From Takakia lepidozioides (taxonomy: Eukaryota; Plantae; Bryophyta): DNA of 64,000 nucleotides. The DNA is taken from assembly GCA_030704615.1 (NCBI GenBank), contig CM060733.1, positions 17,298,001 through 17,362,000 of the forward strand, in the 5' to 3' direction. Position numbers and translations under genes: made by a program. Under the pieces are notes generated by a model. That model saw only the letters and a program-made list of their open reading frames with translations, ran no database searches and was not told the origin of the DNA. Below are positions 37,662-50,300 of the stretch, in pieces (the first letter of the stretch is position 1; each line of letters opens with the position of its first letter).

Positions 37662-40004
37662 CTTACAAATGGCGACGTGCAAGCTCATTGGAAGGGAGCC
37701 GCAGAGATTATTCTGGATCAAAGCACCCACTGGATAGACTCTCAAGGGTCTGTTCTGACATCAGAGAAGGTGATTTTGTTGCTGTCTTTCTTTTGGTGTC
37801 AGGGTTCATTTGTGTTCACTCATCTCTTTCATGAAATTGGAAATGTCTCCTTCCTAATCTTTGGATAGGTGCTCATTTCACACCTGACGTCTGTTTATGC
37901 TGGGCTATTTTTCCTGTATTTATATGTTTTGGTACATTGGGATTTTGTTGTAAAGTGCGTCTTCAGCCTCACGTAAAGACTGTTGTGGTTGGCAATTAAC
38001 ATCTAACCTGTCGTAGCAGAGCATGTGTCTGACACACGTTTCTAGCAAACATTGTGTCTTAAGCCTCATGTAAAGATAGATGTAGCAGAGCGAATTTTGA
38101 TGCCCTCATCGAGAGAAGGGAGAAATTGAAAGAAGCAATCGCTTGAGTATCTAATCATTTTGATAATGCTATAGCAGGTATCAGAAATGAAAAATGTTAT
38201 TGAGGGAATGGCAGCTGGTTCATTGCGTTGTATAGCCTTCGCTTACCGGCCTATTGACAGAGCTACGGTCCCCCTCGACGACGAAATGCGGGCTGAGTGG
38301 ACAATTCCCGAGACGGGTCTCATTCTTATGGCAATTGCGGGTATAAAGGTACGATTGTTCATCCCTTATAAAGAGATGCATGTGGAAGAAAATCTTCATA
38401 TCGATTGTGTCCTTGACTTAAATGTGGTTGAATGTGGGTGTATCGCCCCATAAAGCCCTCTCCTCTTGCTGGATTTAAACTTCCTTTCCTTGCCTTGCCT
38501 TTCCTGTAAAATACAGTCGTGAGTTTTGTCTGATGTCAATGTATTTATTCTCTTCATGCTAATCAGGGCATGAATGTGTTTTTAAGTGTGCTGCAACACC
38601 AATTGGGTGGAAATGAATGAGCCTTCTGCATTGGTGTTCTTTCAGATAGGTTACAATTTGGAAGGAATGTCCTCCAATCACAGAAACACCACCCATCCAT
38701 CATCTACCCATGCTGTGAGGAAAAGATCCCAAACCTAAGTAGGTTCTAACAGTAATAAGGTTTGGAAACCTAAACCTTCCTCATGTTTCAGTGGTCACAG
38801 GGTGGAAGGTTCCATCCCTGTGGTAGTTTCTTCCTCCTCGTTATCCAGCTCACCCTCATTCCCCTTGCCTCAGCCCTCCTCAAGCTTAGTCCCTCCTCAA
38901 GCTTAGTCTCTTTCTTTCAGAGTTCCTGATGCTCTAAACCTTCAGTTATAGAGACTACATGCTCAGATTAGTCTTTTTCATTAGATTGATGTCCTTAAGG
39001 CAGATTCTGGTCTCGTTGTTTCTGCATTTGTACCTCTCACATGGACAAGATCGGTCTCGGTATAGGGTTTTAGCTTCCCTCCCGCTTCCTTCGAAAACAG
39101 CAGGGGTCCTTGTGAAGTACATGAAAACCTACAAAAGTTCAACTACGTTGACGTTGGTGGAAAGTTTGGCGAGTCTTTCTTCAAAATTGTGCATGTACTG
39201 AATTGGAGTCTTTTATAGACAAAAGTTCATGGCATGTTTTTACAGCAGATCCATCAATTCTTTCCCATCCTATGCTGGTTGTACTGTTTGTGAGAAGTAC
39301 AAACTTAGAATTTCAACACCAAAGAGCCTTTCTATTCTTCAAGAAAAAGGGTTGTCTACTTTTGTGGTTAAATAAGACCCTCTTCAGGACCCTCTTCAAG
39401 ACCATCAAGAACATTGTCCCTGCACCTCTGTTCACCAACTTCAAAAATCTCGAGGCTGAGCCTGAAGCCCTGGCCCTGTTGGGGTCTAATTGCTCGGCAA
39501 CTCACACACAGCAAGTTGATGCTTGTGTGAAGGTAGTATCTGTTCCCTTTTGTTCCGTCCAAACTGGGCACAGGATGTATGGCCACAAGGCTTCGGCAAA
39601 CAATGCCTAATGAGTACATTCTCTCTCTCTCGTTGTTTGCTTTCTTTGAGGGGCTACGGCAAACAACGTCCAATGAATATATTCTCTTCCTCCAGGTTTT
39701 GTTGTGCCGGGCTTGTTTTCATCTTAACTGCTCTTCTTACTTTTTAACCTTTGGTTACCTCTGTATGAGTTGAGAGAGTTTACTAAACTGTCACATTGAT
39801 CTATGTTTTTTGCCATCTATATAGGAAGAACTTAAAAATGTGTGACTGATTCAGTGTATCACATTTTTTCTAGGGGGGAAACTCGTTGGGTGATGTGGAA
39901 CGACACTGTTCAGTCGTTTGAGCTCTTGTACTTGTCTGTCGCAGGATCCTTGCAGACCAGGTGTACTTGAAGCTGTTCGCAAGTGTCAAGCAGCGGGTGT
40001 GAAG
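37662..40004 (+). pseudogene. ACA: Three consecutive exons of an autoinhibited P2B Ca2+-ATPase (ACA8/9/10-like exon pattern): 37662-37769, 38178-38348, 39945-40004
   Basis: The exons encode HWKGAAEIILD, SLRCIAFAY..LILMAIAGIK and DPCRPGV.EAV..CQ.AGVK. All are AG/GT-bounded, phase 0 and open. Flanking exons were not found in the window. Confidence 0.85.
39380..39690 (+). mobile_element. 5'-truncated LINE 3' fragment(s) in the ACA intron
   Basis: Similar to 54229-54534 (CCCTCTTCAA..CTCGAGGCTGA..GGCCACAAGGCT..ATGAGTACATTCT), with an internal deletion. A second tail fragment lies at about 39651-39690. Confidence 0.8.
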
Positions 40005-40246
40005 GTGTGTAGTGTGCGTGTGGTTCACTGTATAGCCAAGTGATTAGTTTGTGTTTCATTTACTTGCACACAGATCCCATCTTGCTAGAGACTTAAATCC
40101 TACTTCTATATCGAAGATTGGACCTCCGCTAGCTAGCTCTAGAATGCACTAGTCTGGAAGGGCGATAAGCCACACAAACATACAACCTGTACACTCGACG
40201 CATGGTGAACCTAGAGGCTTCGGTGCAGAGCTTGTGCAAGTATTTA

Positions 40247-41719
40247 TTACATCTCAATCGAGCAGCAGGCTGGGAACAAGCCCAATAATTGGAACGGACA
40301 CAAAACCTTCTTCCAGCCCGCGTTCTTGTTCCCTGGTTTTCCATACTCTGCATTTCTGTACAAAGAGAGAGAGGATTCGTTATCACCTCCGAAGCAAACC
40401 AAGGCGAAGACTTCATGTTTCACAGCAGTAGCAGTCAGCACACACGATGAATTTGTCCCATAACTGGGCGATGTGGCGGGCCCCCCTTCGGCTTCTACTC
40501 GTAAACTGTTCCAGGGATTGCACTGCACAACCGGCCAAGAGTTGGAAGATTCGTAGTAGCGATGGATTCCGTCGGCTCTTAGACCATGGAGCTGCCTGTC
40601 AACAACTGCGCAAGCATGAACCTCATCTTTGCACATGTCTTCCACTTCTGTCCAATTCCCTTTTCTGGCATCATAGACTTGAGCTAATTGGACCCACTGT
40701 CCTTGGACATCATCGTCGACTTCATCATCCCACTGAACTCGACTACCAGATTTCACATGATCAATCTTATTGTCCTGTGTATTCAACACTGAAGAGTAGC
40801 CACCAGTGACATACAGTTTGCCATCCATCACAGCATCCACAGAAAATGAGCATGGTACCCCTATGTCTGCAATTGAGCTCCATGCATTACCAACAATATC
40901 AAAGACCTCGGCAGAAGAGATTGCATATGCATTGTGTGACTGCCCACCAGCAACAAACACCTTGCCGTCCACAACCCCACAAGAAAAGCTCGCCCGGGGT
41001 GTATTCATGCTTGCACATTGGTGCCAAACCCCATGTCCAGCTACCAAATCCAGCATGTAAACCTCACTCCGAGGCTTCCATGACTCCTGGTCGCGGCCAC
41101 CAATAACTAGCAGTCTTCCACCCACGCACACACAGCGGCAGAAGAGAGGGATACCGCATTCGATATTCGGAATAGGAGGCAGCTGTTGCCAAAAGTTGTC
41201 TAGAGGGTCATAAACAGAAATGGCATATGACCAAGTTTCAGTAACCTCCCAAAATTGGGTCTCGTCGACATCCAGCTGATTGGATTCCAACCAAATTTCA
41301 GCCTCGACCTTTGAGATCGTGGCCATTTCACCAACCCCATCGTCCCCTTGGCCATGAATTGATGTGGGTGGTAGCTCGCAGGCGGTCAAGAAATCCCGCG
41401 CTCCAAATGGAAACACAGATGTTGGTTTCTTGGTTGCTTTATGGAGGAGGGCAAAGAATCCCTGGAAACCACCGGCGCGAACGCGAGCATCGGAAATGGA
41501 GCGCGTCTCCAAGGCACTGTGCCACGCACGGCTCACAGACGCAAGCCCCAACATTACGTGCCATGGCACCTTTGCCAGCACACAATTCAGAGCAACTTCG
41601 TTGGGCAGCCCCGGTATCAATTCCTGCTCCTCCTCACAACCCAACTTTCTTTCTCCCCTCTCATCCCACCTCTCATCAACCTTTCCCAACCAACTCCCTG
41701 CACTCTCCACCTCCTGCAT
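40247..41719 (-). CDS. F-box/kelch-repeat protein, intronless, about 490 aa
   Basis: F-box LIPGLPNEVALNCVLAKVPW..VSRAW, followed by kelch repeats (LLVIGG, VFVAGG, LYVTGG with conserved Y/W). Intact ORF. Confidence 0.95.
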   Translation of the reverse strand: MQEVESAGSWLGKVDERWDERGERKLGCEEEQELIPGLPNEVALNCVLAKVPWHVMLGLASVSRAWHSALETRSISDARVRAGGFQGFFALLHKATKKPTSVFPFGARDFLTACELPPTSIHGQGDDGVGEMATISKVEAEIWLESNQLDVDETQFWEVTETWSYAISVYDPLDNFWQQLPPIPNIECGIPLFCRCVCVGGRLLVIGGRDQESWKPRSEVYMLDLVAGHGVWHQCASMNTPRASFSCGVVDGKVFVAGGQSHNAYAISSAEVFDIVGNAWSSIADIGVPCSFSVDAVMDGKLYVTGGYSSVLNTQDNKIDHVKSGSRVQWDDEVDDDVQGQWVQLAQVYDARKGNWTEVEDMCKDEVHACAVVDRQLHGLRADGIHRYYESSNSWPVVQCNPWNSLRVEAEGGPATSPSYGTNSSCVLTATAVKHEVFALVCFGGDNESSLSLYRNAEYGKPGNKNAGWKKVLCPFQLLGLFPACCSIEM

Positions 41720-42887
41720 CTCTGAGAGGGTGTGGGAGAGAGAGAGAGACAGGGAGAGTGTGCAAGTGGGAAACACAAATTGCATTATCACATTTGTACC
41801 CCAAAAAATTCAAACTCAGGAACGTGGCTCCCCATTGTCCCACATGTCGCTCAGCCTCCCTCTGCACAGGAAGATTGTTGCGGAAGGTGGTGAGCTGCAC
41901 CGGAAGGTTTTAAACGTGGCGCTTCATAGGCACTCTGTTCCGGAAGGTTGTAGGCTAGCTGCAGGTGGTACTGGAAGCGTAAAAACCTACCGTGGGTTTT
42001 TTCTCTTTGTATTTTCAGGGAGCCTACCTGACGGAATGTCACGTCAACAACAGTGGGCGGGGGATATTACGCGGGCCCGGGGATCTTACACGTAATTTCC
42101 CGCGTAATGTCCCGTGGGAGATTATGCACGCCATCTTTCCCTGACAGTGTCATCTTTAATGTTAGATGCCCCAATCTGAGCCGTAAGAAACCCTATGTAA
42201 GTCCCCCACCCTCGGGCTGGTACCTTGGTATTTGTGTCGTGACCTCGGGCTGCGCTCTCGGGTGGGGGACTTTACTGTTTTTTCTACTGTGCATACCAAT
42301 GTTGGGCGGGCATAAGATACTCCGGGTCATATTCGGCAACCGGACTCACTGATGAGTGGTGGGAACCATTTGATTGCCCGCGTGCGGTATTGAGGGGAAC
42401 ATGAGCACATATAGAAAACCACCCGGTTTGGCAAGGTTATCAGTCAGTCTCTTCTGGGTGCTATGGATGAGCCCCCCAAGTTTGCGTGGGCCCTGTCCAT
42501 CAGAAGATGGTCCAGGAACTAAAAATGGGGGATACATAGTAGTAAGCTATACAAGGATTTGAAAGAATAACCCCTGTGTAAGGGGGTCCAAAAAAAAAGG
42601 TAGGAAGGCGACGGCTATTAAGTGGAGGATAGTTCAGGCGACAAATTGGGGTAAGCAAGTGTCAAGTGGTGGGATTCTAGGGGTCACATGTGTTGGGCAA
42701 CCTTCTAGAAAGATCCCCGATCACTTGATGGGGTCCGGGCCGCCTCCTTGAGAGGGTACGTAAAGGAGAGAGCGCCAATCTCCTCCCATTGCCTCTTACT
42801 ACTTACTTATTAAATTAGTACCTACTGTGGGCTCTACACATGCAGGGCCCCTAAAAAAGACGCAAACATGAACCATAGCTATATTAA

Positions 42888-45172
42888 CCCCTAAACGCCC
42901 ACGTGCCTCCGTGGACTTTAAAAAGCGGGGCCCGGCCAGAAAAACCAGTGTAATTTTTGAAAAAAAAAATCTTGAAAAAATGACCAGACAATATGAAGCC
43001 ACCTTCCCCTGGCAGGTCCTGCCCAATTTTGGAGCCAATCAGACAAGTACTGCAAAAACCCCACCGATGCAAGTAGGGTCCATTTTTGGAAATTTGTGAA
43101 AAACAAACTAAAAAAATAGAGATTTGTGGGATTTTGCATGTCGGGATGGAAAAAAATCGGCCTGCTGTACCCGAACACGTGTTCCCCACGTCCTGCTAGT
43201 TCCTACAAGCCCAAAAACAGCTGAATTGGAGCAGTTTGCAGAAGCAGGGACTTGGTCAAAGTGTTTGGGGTATGAAATGCTCTTTTGTGAGCTATGCACA
43301 GTTTCTTGTTTTCCAGCAAGTGAGCTCTCCACCTAGTTCTCCCTCTCTTTCCCATAAATCACCCACATCTACACATGAATTGCATGGGTGGGATTTGAAC
43401 CCACTAACCTGCCCCTTTGGCAGCCCATACATGCAAACAAGGGGGGGCGTGTCTCCCCCCTTGTCTACACCCCCGCTTGGTGAGGGGACTAACTACTTCT
43501 AACCATCACACTCCGTCTCATTACAACTACGAACTAACAACATTACAGCCCTGCCCACCATACACAGCCTGGACTTCAGTGATATTCATCACAGGTTGTT
43601 GCTCCGAACGCACTACCTAAATGCAGCAAGCTACATACAAGGCCCAAAATTGGACAGCACGATGTTATGTGCTGAATTTCCCTCCTGACAGACCACAATA
43701 AAACAAATATAATAGCTAGCAAACATGCTACTTACCAACAGCTCCATATCCTAGTCAGCCCTTCTACTGCCCACTCTACTCCTATCAAGGTAGTCTATCC
43801 AAGCGACTCTCGTTGTAACTTGTACTCTGTCCAAGCGACTTAGCAACCTATGCCCTCTAATAAAAAGAAACAAGAAAAAGGTACCCCCTCTCTCAAAAGA
43901 GCTGCCTCATCTCTACAGCAGCAAACAAAACACGGAGTTAGTAAAGCAAGGCTCACATAGATCAGTCAGTGTTGTGATGCTTCACAAAGCATGCCCCCAA
44001 GCACAGGGGGACTTCTCCTGCACACACAGAGCAGATGTACCTCTGCCTTGCACCACAGGAGATACACTTTCTCCTCCGACTACTTTTCATGGAGAAGTGG
44101 ACTGCCCCTCGATTTGGTACACACGCCCCTACCATTACTGTTCTCCTGGGACCAACCGATCCACCACACAAACCATTAGCCACATCTAGATTGAAACGCA
44201 AATGCGAGAGAGGCTTGCGACCCCTTGCTACCATGAATTGTCGGTACAAGATGTACCCATTCACCAAATTGGTGTCTACACAATGGAAGTACAACCTGTG
44301 CCACCACTTGTGGTCACGGGTCTGTACATTGTAATAACCACATCATTGGTCTTGTACATCGACTCCTCGTATATGCTCTTGGTAGTGCTTCACCACAGGG
44401 GAGGTGGGCACAAGACGTCTTGCCTTATTATGCCAAATGGGGAATGTAGCAATTGGGATCAACGGGGCTGACTGTAGTGGATAGCAAGTTCACACACTTC
44501 TTATCAAACCATGCCAATGCCATTATCTTCCCCGAAATGTACATACGCCATTGTAGCCTCCTCTCTCTCCTTCTTGCCCAAGTCCAAACAGGATGGATAA
44601 CCCACACGGATTGTCTTCACTGTGCCAGTCGCATAGATCCCCTTTGCAGCCAATTCGTAAAACAGATCATGACTAGAGAAGAAATTATCCATAGACGCGA
44701 TGTGCCCTTTACCTTCAAAATCAGAAATGAGTCGTATAACTACCGAGTAGCCCATGCCATGAGTCAAATCAACACCTTCCTCTTTTCCTAGGTACACTTC
44801 CATCTTCTGAACATACCGGCTCTTAGCACTTGCTAGACACCATACCTTGATTCCCCATTTAACAGGTTTTCTTAGCCATGTATTGTTGCGGATTACAGTA
44901 CTTGCCCTTGTACTTGACCATCATCTTGTCAATGCAAAGATTCTGCTCAGGCTGGTGGAATTTAGCATACAAGGCATTATGTGCATCAACCAACCACCTT
45001 GTCTTCGCTAGTTTATCATACCTTGGGTGTCCACTATCTACAACTACAGTGGCATTGACAACAAGGTGGAGGCACCGCATGTCTGCCTCCCACCTGTTCC
45101 GGCTCATAATTCTTGCAATTGTCTCACACTTGAAGAACTCAATGTTACTCTTCCAATGTAGCAAGGGCAGCT
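42888..45172 (-). mobile_element. piggyBac-superfamily transposon remnant (3' two-thirds of transposase plus one end)
   Basis: Motifs IMSRNRW..CLH, DKLAKTRWL, CIDKMMVKYKGK..QYMAKKP.KWGIKVW, MDNFFSS..L...GIYATGTV, KWWHRLYF..VD.NLVNGYILY, and a C-terminal Cys-rich domain C..C...C..C....LC...CF..HH. TTAA (42884-42887) is followed by CCCC. Frameshifted. Confidence 0.9.
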
Positions 45173-45173
45173 A

Positions 45174-48100
45174 GGTCATGAGCCCAACCCCATGAGCCCG
45201 GGTGCTGGGCTCACATTTCAGGCACTAAGCGTGCTTGGTAAGCATGAGCCGAGGGTTTAGGGTCTATTAGAAACAGCACCTATTCTCGTGGAACATGGGC
45301 CTATTCCCGCTGGAACAAACAACATATTGAACTGCACAGCGCAATATGAGAATGTAGGAGCACTTTTGCAACAGGATCGGCAGCACAATCCATGCATATG
45401 CAATGAAAGGAGATGACCATGCAATACATGAGTTGCATAGAACCGGCACAGGAGTGAGTGATTGAATGAAGACATGCACTGAATTACGAGTATGTTTTTG
45501 CTTCATTGTTACTCAATTTCCGTGCAGAGTATGACATGCAAACAAGCACCAAGGGGCATTGCACCAAACACTCTCCATGATTGTACTTAACCGGTCTCGG
45601 ACCTGTCACGTTGCAGAAGAGTACGGACTTCACCAGGTGATAGCGTGGCCCGGTGAATGTATTGGTCTCTTTTGGGGTCACAACACATCCTGCACACAAA
45701 AATGTAGTATAGGTGCTTGCATGGAACCCACTTCCCCTTCCTTCCCAGGCTGCCCTCACGCATGAAAACAAAATCCGGATAAGTGCATTCCGGGCAGGTA
45801 GCGAGCCCGAAGTGACCATTGTGTAGACACGACCAAATCCGGGGGGGAGGGGGGGGGGACTTCCATGGTAGATATTCCCCTTGCCTGCAAGATTCTGACT
45901 GACTCAACCTTACAGTCGTGTTCCGCACCTGACTGCACACGCCGCACAGTCTTTCCATTCCTTTTGGTGGGGTGAGAATCAACCGAAGGTGGGACCCCTG
46001 CAACGAAGTGAAAGTGGATGCAAGGCCAGTTGCAGGAAGAATTGGACAGCGTGCTAGTCGGAATCCGTGGTCCTCCAACATGGCAATCTCCAGTGTTGAG
46101 AGGGAGGTCCCCGTCTTCACTGGGCAGACAGTTGGTTGGGGCGGCTTCATTATCACGGACTCCCGCACGGCTTCCTTCACACAAATCTCAATATCATCGG
46201 GGCAAAACCAGAATTTATGAACTTTGGACTCTTTTGCCATATAAGGTCTAATCAAACCTGTGAATGCAGGAGCAGGAGTTCCACGAGAGCCTTTGCTAAT
46301 TTGGATTTTGCATTTTGCATAAGTCTTTGCCCGGATTGCAGTACATTTCATCTTCGAACCGCTTGGAGCACGCTCGATGTGCCAGTCGTTATCATCACAG
46401 TCAGTCTCCTACACAGGCGGATCCACGTCCGAGGAACCACCTGGAACCGGCAAGGTGGTAGGGGTTTGGGAGGGCTCCCATGAAGAAGACGCTGCACCAA
46501 ATGTCTCACCGCTTGAACCTCCCTACATTGGAGACAACCGGGGCACAGAGAAATTCATTCTGTCGTGGCGATGGGAATCCCCATCTGCACCTGGAGGGGT
46601 GTCAAGCTTGCATTTATATGTTCCAAATCTCTCCTCCCCTTCCAAGTGAGGAACCTTTGATTGCAGTGGAGACCCCACTGTGCACTTGTTGAGTGCCTGT
46701 GCCATCTTACTCGGATCACCCGATCTCTTGGTGGCCCTCAGCATCAATTCAGTGGTGTCTGGGCCTTTCCCTCCTGCCCGTCCCCTTGAAAAATCTTGAT
46801 ATCTGGTTTGTTGGCAAAGTGCTCGAACCATATCGTCTGTTGTGGCAGCATACAAATCCCTGCCTGTTTTCCCGAACTGCGCCTTTCTAGACACTGTGTA
46901 CCGATTTCGCCAAATTGCTGGATGGCATGTCCGCCATATCTTCAAGCGGCATGTCCTGCAAAACAACACCAAACAATGAATGTATGGAAGTGGAACTGCT
47001 GCACAGAAGCAGAAGGTGTAGAATTGCAATAACAACAATCGTTCAATATGGTTGAACAGAGCTCACCGTTGTCATGAAAGCTCCCCATTGTCTGTAGCGG
47101 AAATGCCTGAAGACAATCCAGTCATCCAATTCTTTCTGGAAGTCTTCACTTGCAGCCCCAGATGACACCCACCAAGCCCTAATCGCGGCGTACCTGCTAT
47201 CAGCCTCAGCCAGAGTTTTGGTGTTCTTGTACATATGACACAACCTTATGCTCCGCTTGAGGTCGTATGCACCTCTTTGTGTGCTTCTCCAGAGATTGAG
47301 TCCAGTGGAAAAGGCAAGTGCGCTCCTTGTTGGCCATTGGCACCTTTGGATCCCCCAAACCGAAAACTCGCCTAACCGCATTCCAGTTTGTCTGCGCACT
47401 ATCAACCATGAACCCTGCGAAATTTGTGCCGCAACACCATTGGCCCTCATAACAGATTTCAAGCAGTTCCACATTATCATTTGAGACTCCGTGTCCTCAG
47501 ACTGCATGTCACATATGGCAATGGACATGAGGCGCTGATAAACTGGATCGTAGACATGGCATGCCATGGTCGTCCAATTCTTTACTCATTTGCAGTGGTC
47601 AAACATCAACCACGCCTTCGCCAAATCTACATCAGGCTGCCACTACAGCAAATGGGGGGGGTTTTGCGACGCCAGCCGCGCCCCCACGCCCCGCGCGACG
47701 CTGAGCCCGCTGCGACACCATTGCGACGCCCAGCCGTCGCAAGGTGGCATGAAGGGGGAAAGAGGGCCCTCACTGCGACGGATTTTTTTTCTTGCGACGC
47801 CCCGATGTTGCAAATCAAAAAAATAAAAATAAAAATAAAAAATTGCGACGCCTCGGCGTCGCAAAAGCGTCACTGAGAACGCCCCAGCGCCTCTGCGACG
47901 CCGGGATGTCGCAACAGCATCACCACATTGGGATTTTTTTTTATTTTTTTATTTTTTGGGCTTTACAGCTCTCAACTTCACAAAAGCGTCGCTGGGGGCG
48001 CCCAACGCTGTGACGCCAGGGGGTCGCCACAGGGGGTTGCAATGGTGTTGTAGTCAGCTTAGGTCATCACAATGACGTCGCTTGGGGCGCTTGGCGGTGG

Positions 48101-49534
48101 GGGGGGGGTGCAACAACGGCGACGACGCTGGGGCTGGGGCTGGGCACTAAGGCTGTGGAGGTTGCAACGCCCCGACGTCACAAGAGGGACCCCCTTAAAA
48201 GGAACTTGAAGGAAATCTTCATATATATATATATATTTAGATTGCTTTTGTGATACATAGATGTAGCGTAGGTGTGTTGGTTAGTCTGTAGTGTCTTAGA
48301 AATGTTATAACGTGGAGGTCTTAGATTCAAGTATGCATTGCATGATATATGTAGAACAATGAATATATCGCCATTAGACCGAATCGGAGTCAATGGTCAA
48401 CAAGTTTTTGAAATTCAAATTTCAAATTCAAATTTTCCCGCCTAAATTCAAATGTACCCCTTTAAATTGCGACATCCGGGCGTCGCATTTTGCGACCCCC
48501 GGACGGTGCTAAATCTGCATTGTAGAGTAGGTTTTTCTTTTTTTTTGCGACGCCCGGGCGGCGCAAATCGTGGTTTCGCCTTTTTACGACCCCCATTGGT
48601 CGCAAATTTGCGACGTTTTTTTGGCAACGCCCTTGCGACGCCTAGGCGTCGCAAATTTGGTGCTTCCCCCCTCCCCGAAAAGGGCTGTTTTACGACGTCG
48701 TGGCGTGGCTGTGGCATGGCCGCGACGTCGAAAACCCCCCCTTTTCCTGTAGTGTGCATACGCTTGACAAGGGTGACACCACTCCCCTGACCAACTGTAG
48801 ACATTTTGAACAAGTACACTTTGGTCGATCCTTGTCCTGGGAAGACACTATCCTGAAGAAGTCGTACCGACTTCGACGTTTCAGGTCCAGAATGTTGTCC
48901 ATGCAACGGGTAACCCATTTTCAACGCATTCACCTGGTTTCGGATATTTGGAGAGCTAAGAATGGAGAAGTGGTCCATCACTGCTTCAAGTGAACTCCCA
49001 TCCAGTTTCACACAAGACTGATCTTCCCCCGCCAGGATGTGCTTGACAAGAAATGTTTTGCAGGCGTTAAGCGCAATTGCAGACGGTTTTACAGAGGGAG
49101 TGTTGTAGAATTCCTCCTTCAGATGGGCTTTTGAAACTGTACATCCCCCTTTCGACAGTGGATGCTCATGACTTCCAATATGTATATAGGCGCGGGTCAT
49201 CGTCTTGTAGCGGTGTGTCACATAATACATACGGGCAGGGCACAGTGCTACACACGATGGGGCCGTCTCCCATTCATTGTCCGACATATTTATGAAAAAC
49301 AAGCCTTCGAATTTCAAGAGTATCCCGGGAATGGTTTTATGGAGGCGGCCTCCTTACTTTTGTCAGATTGTTATCACCCACACCACAATGAATGAATAGC
49401 CGTCGAAGTACGCCCACGCGCCGCTGCCGATAATTACCCTAAACCCTTCCAAATGATTCTAGAACTACAGAGGGACACGTGGATGAATGGACTTTCGCAG
49501 TGTGGATGAGCTGAACACATATCCGCTCATGACC
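45174..49534 (-). mobile_element. Mutator-like element 2 (same family as element 1), interrupted by a CACTA
   Basis: N-terminal CPARMYYV..HIGSHEHP (WRKY/GCM-like Zn motif). After removing the CACTA it reads KRMQPDVDLAKAWLMFDHC..WTTMACHVYD, then FMVDSAQ, CLFHW and SWIM (CPE..PCKH). Intron at 46956-47066. Inverted ends GGTCATGAGC/GCTCATGACC. No TSD match. Confidence 0.82.
47641..48754. mobile_element. Complete non-autonomous CACTA (En/Spm) element, 1114 bp
   Basis: TIRs CACTACAG(C/G)AAA..GGGGGGGTTTT / ..AAAACCCCCCCTTTTCCTGTAGTG. 3-bp TSD TGC (47638-47640, 48755-48757). Many TGCGACG subterminal repeats. Confidence 0.95.
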
Positions 49535-50300
49535 CCATTCATTTGCCAACAGTTTGCATAGCAAGTGAATCTGTTGTTTGCAAACCGTCAAACTGGAGAG
49601 CTCGAGAGGCAGTGAGGGGAGTGTTTGTTTCCAGAGGAAGAGAAGGAAGTCATTGTACTTCACAAGCAGCAAGGCTAGCCGGAAGAGAGCACGAGAGAGG
49701 ATGAGACTACAAACCGTGAACGAAGAGGGCAAGGAGGAAGAAGAGATGATGGAGGGAAGACAGGGCATTGAGGAGAGACTGGCAATGCAGGCAAACGATC
49801 TCCAAATCGACAAACAGTCGCCTATCATGCGCAGAAAAGGTGAGGAAGAGACAGCATCAGAGGGCGACTCGGACCCCGAAGACGACGTTGATGCTCGCCT
49901 CATGCAGAAGCACATTCTTGACAAGAGGATGGAAGAGAGGTTCCAGAAAATGATCGGCGTTGAAAGCACTGTCAAGCGGAAAGTGGACCTGACGATTGGA
50001 GAGACTTCGCCTGCAGCACAAAGGAAGGTAGAAGTGCTATCGTATTTCTGCTTTTCTTCTTGTGATAAGTTATGCTGGCACCGCACACTCTCCCAGCTGT
50101 CTGGCCGTGTTTGTTTTCAGTTCGCCTTTTGATCCGGGAGAAGCAAGAAACAATCTCTTTCATGTTTCTAAGTAGCCTGCAGGGTGATATTGCACGTTGC
50201 GATTTGAAACTCATCTTTCTGTCACAGCTCCTGGTAGGATTTTCATGTGCAAACGAAGAGACAGGGACGTGTGAATTAGAGGATTGTGGATGCATGAGAG

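Noticed and set aside
42051-42883. Hairpin GGGATATTACGCGGG/CCCGCGTAATGTCCC and possible MITE upstream of the F-box gene
   Set aside because: No second terminus or TSD was found, so the element cannot be supported.
48448-48754. C-terminal tail of ORF 48448-49317
   Set aside because: Read-through into the inserted CACTA. The real transposase continues at 47637.
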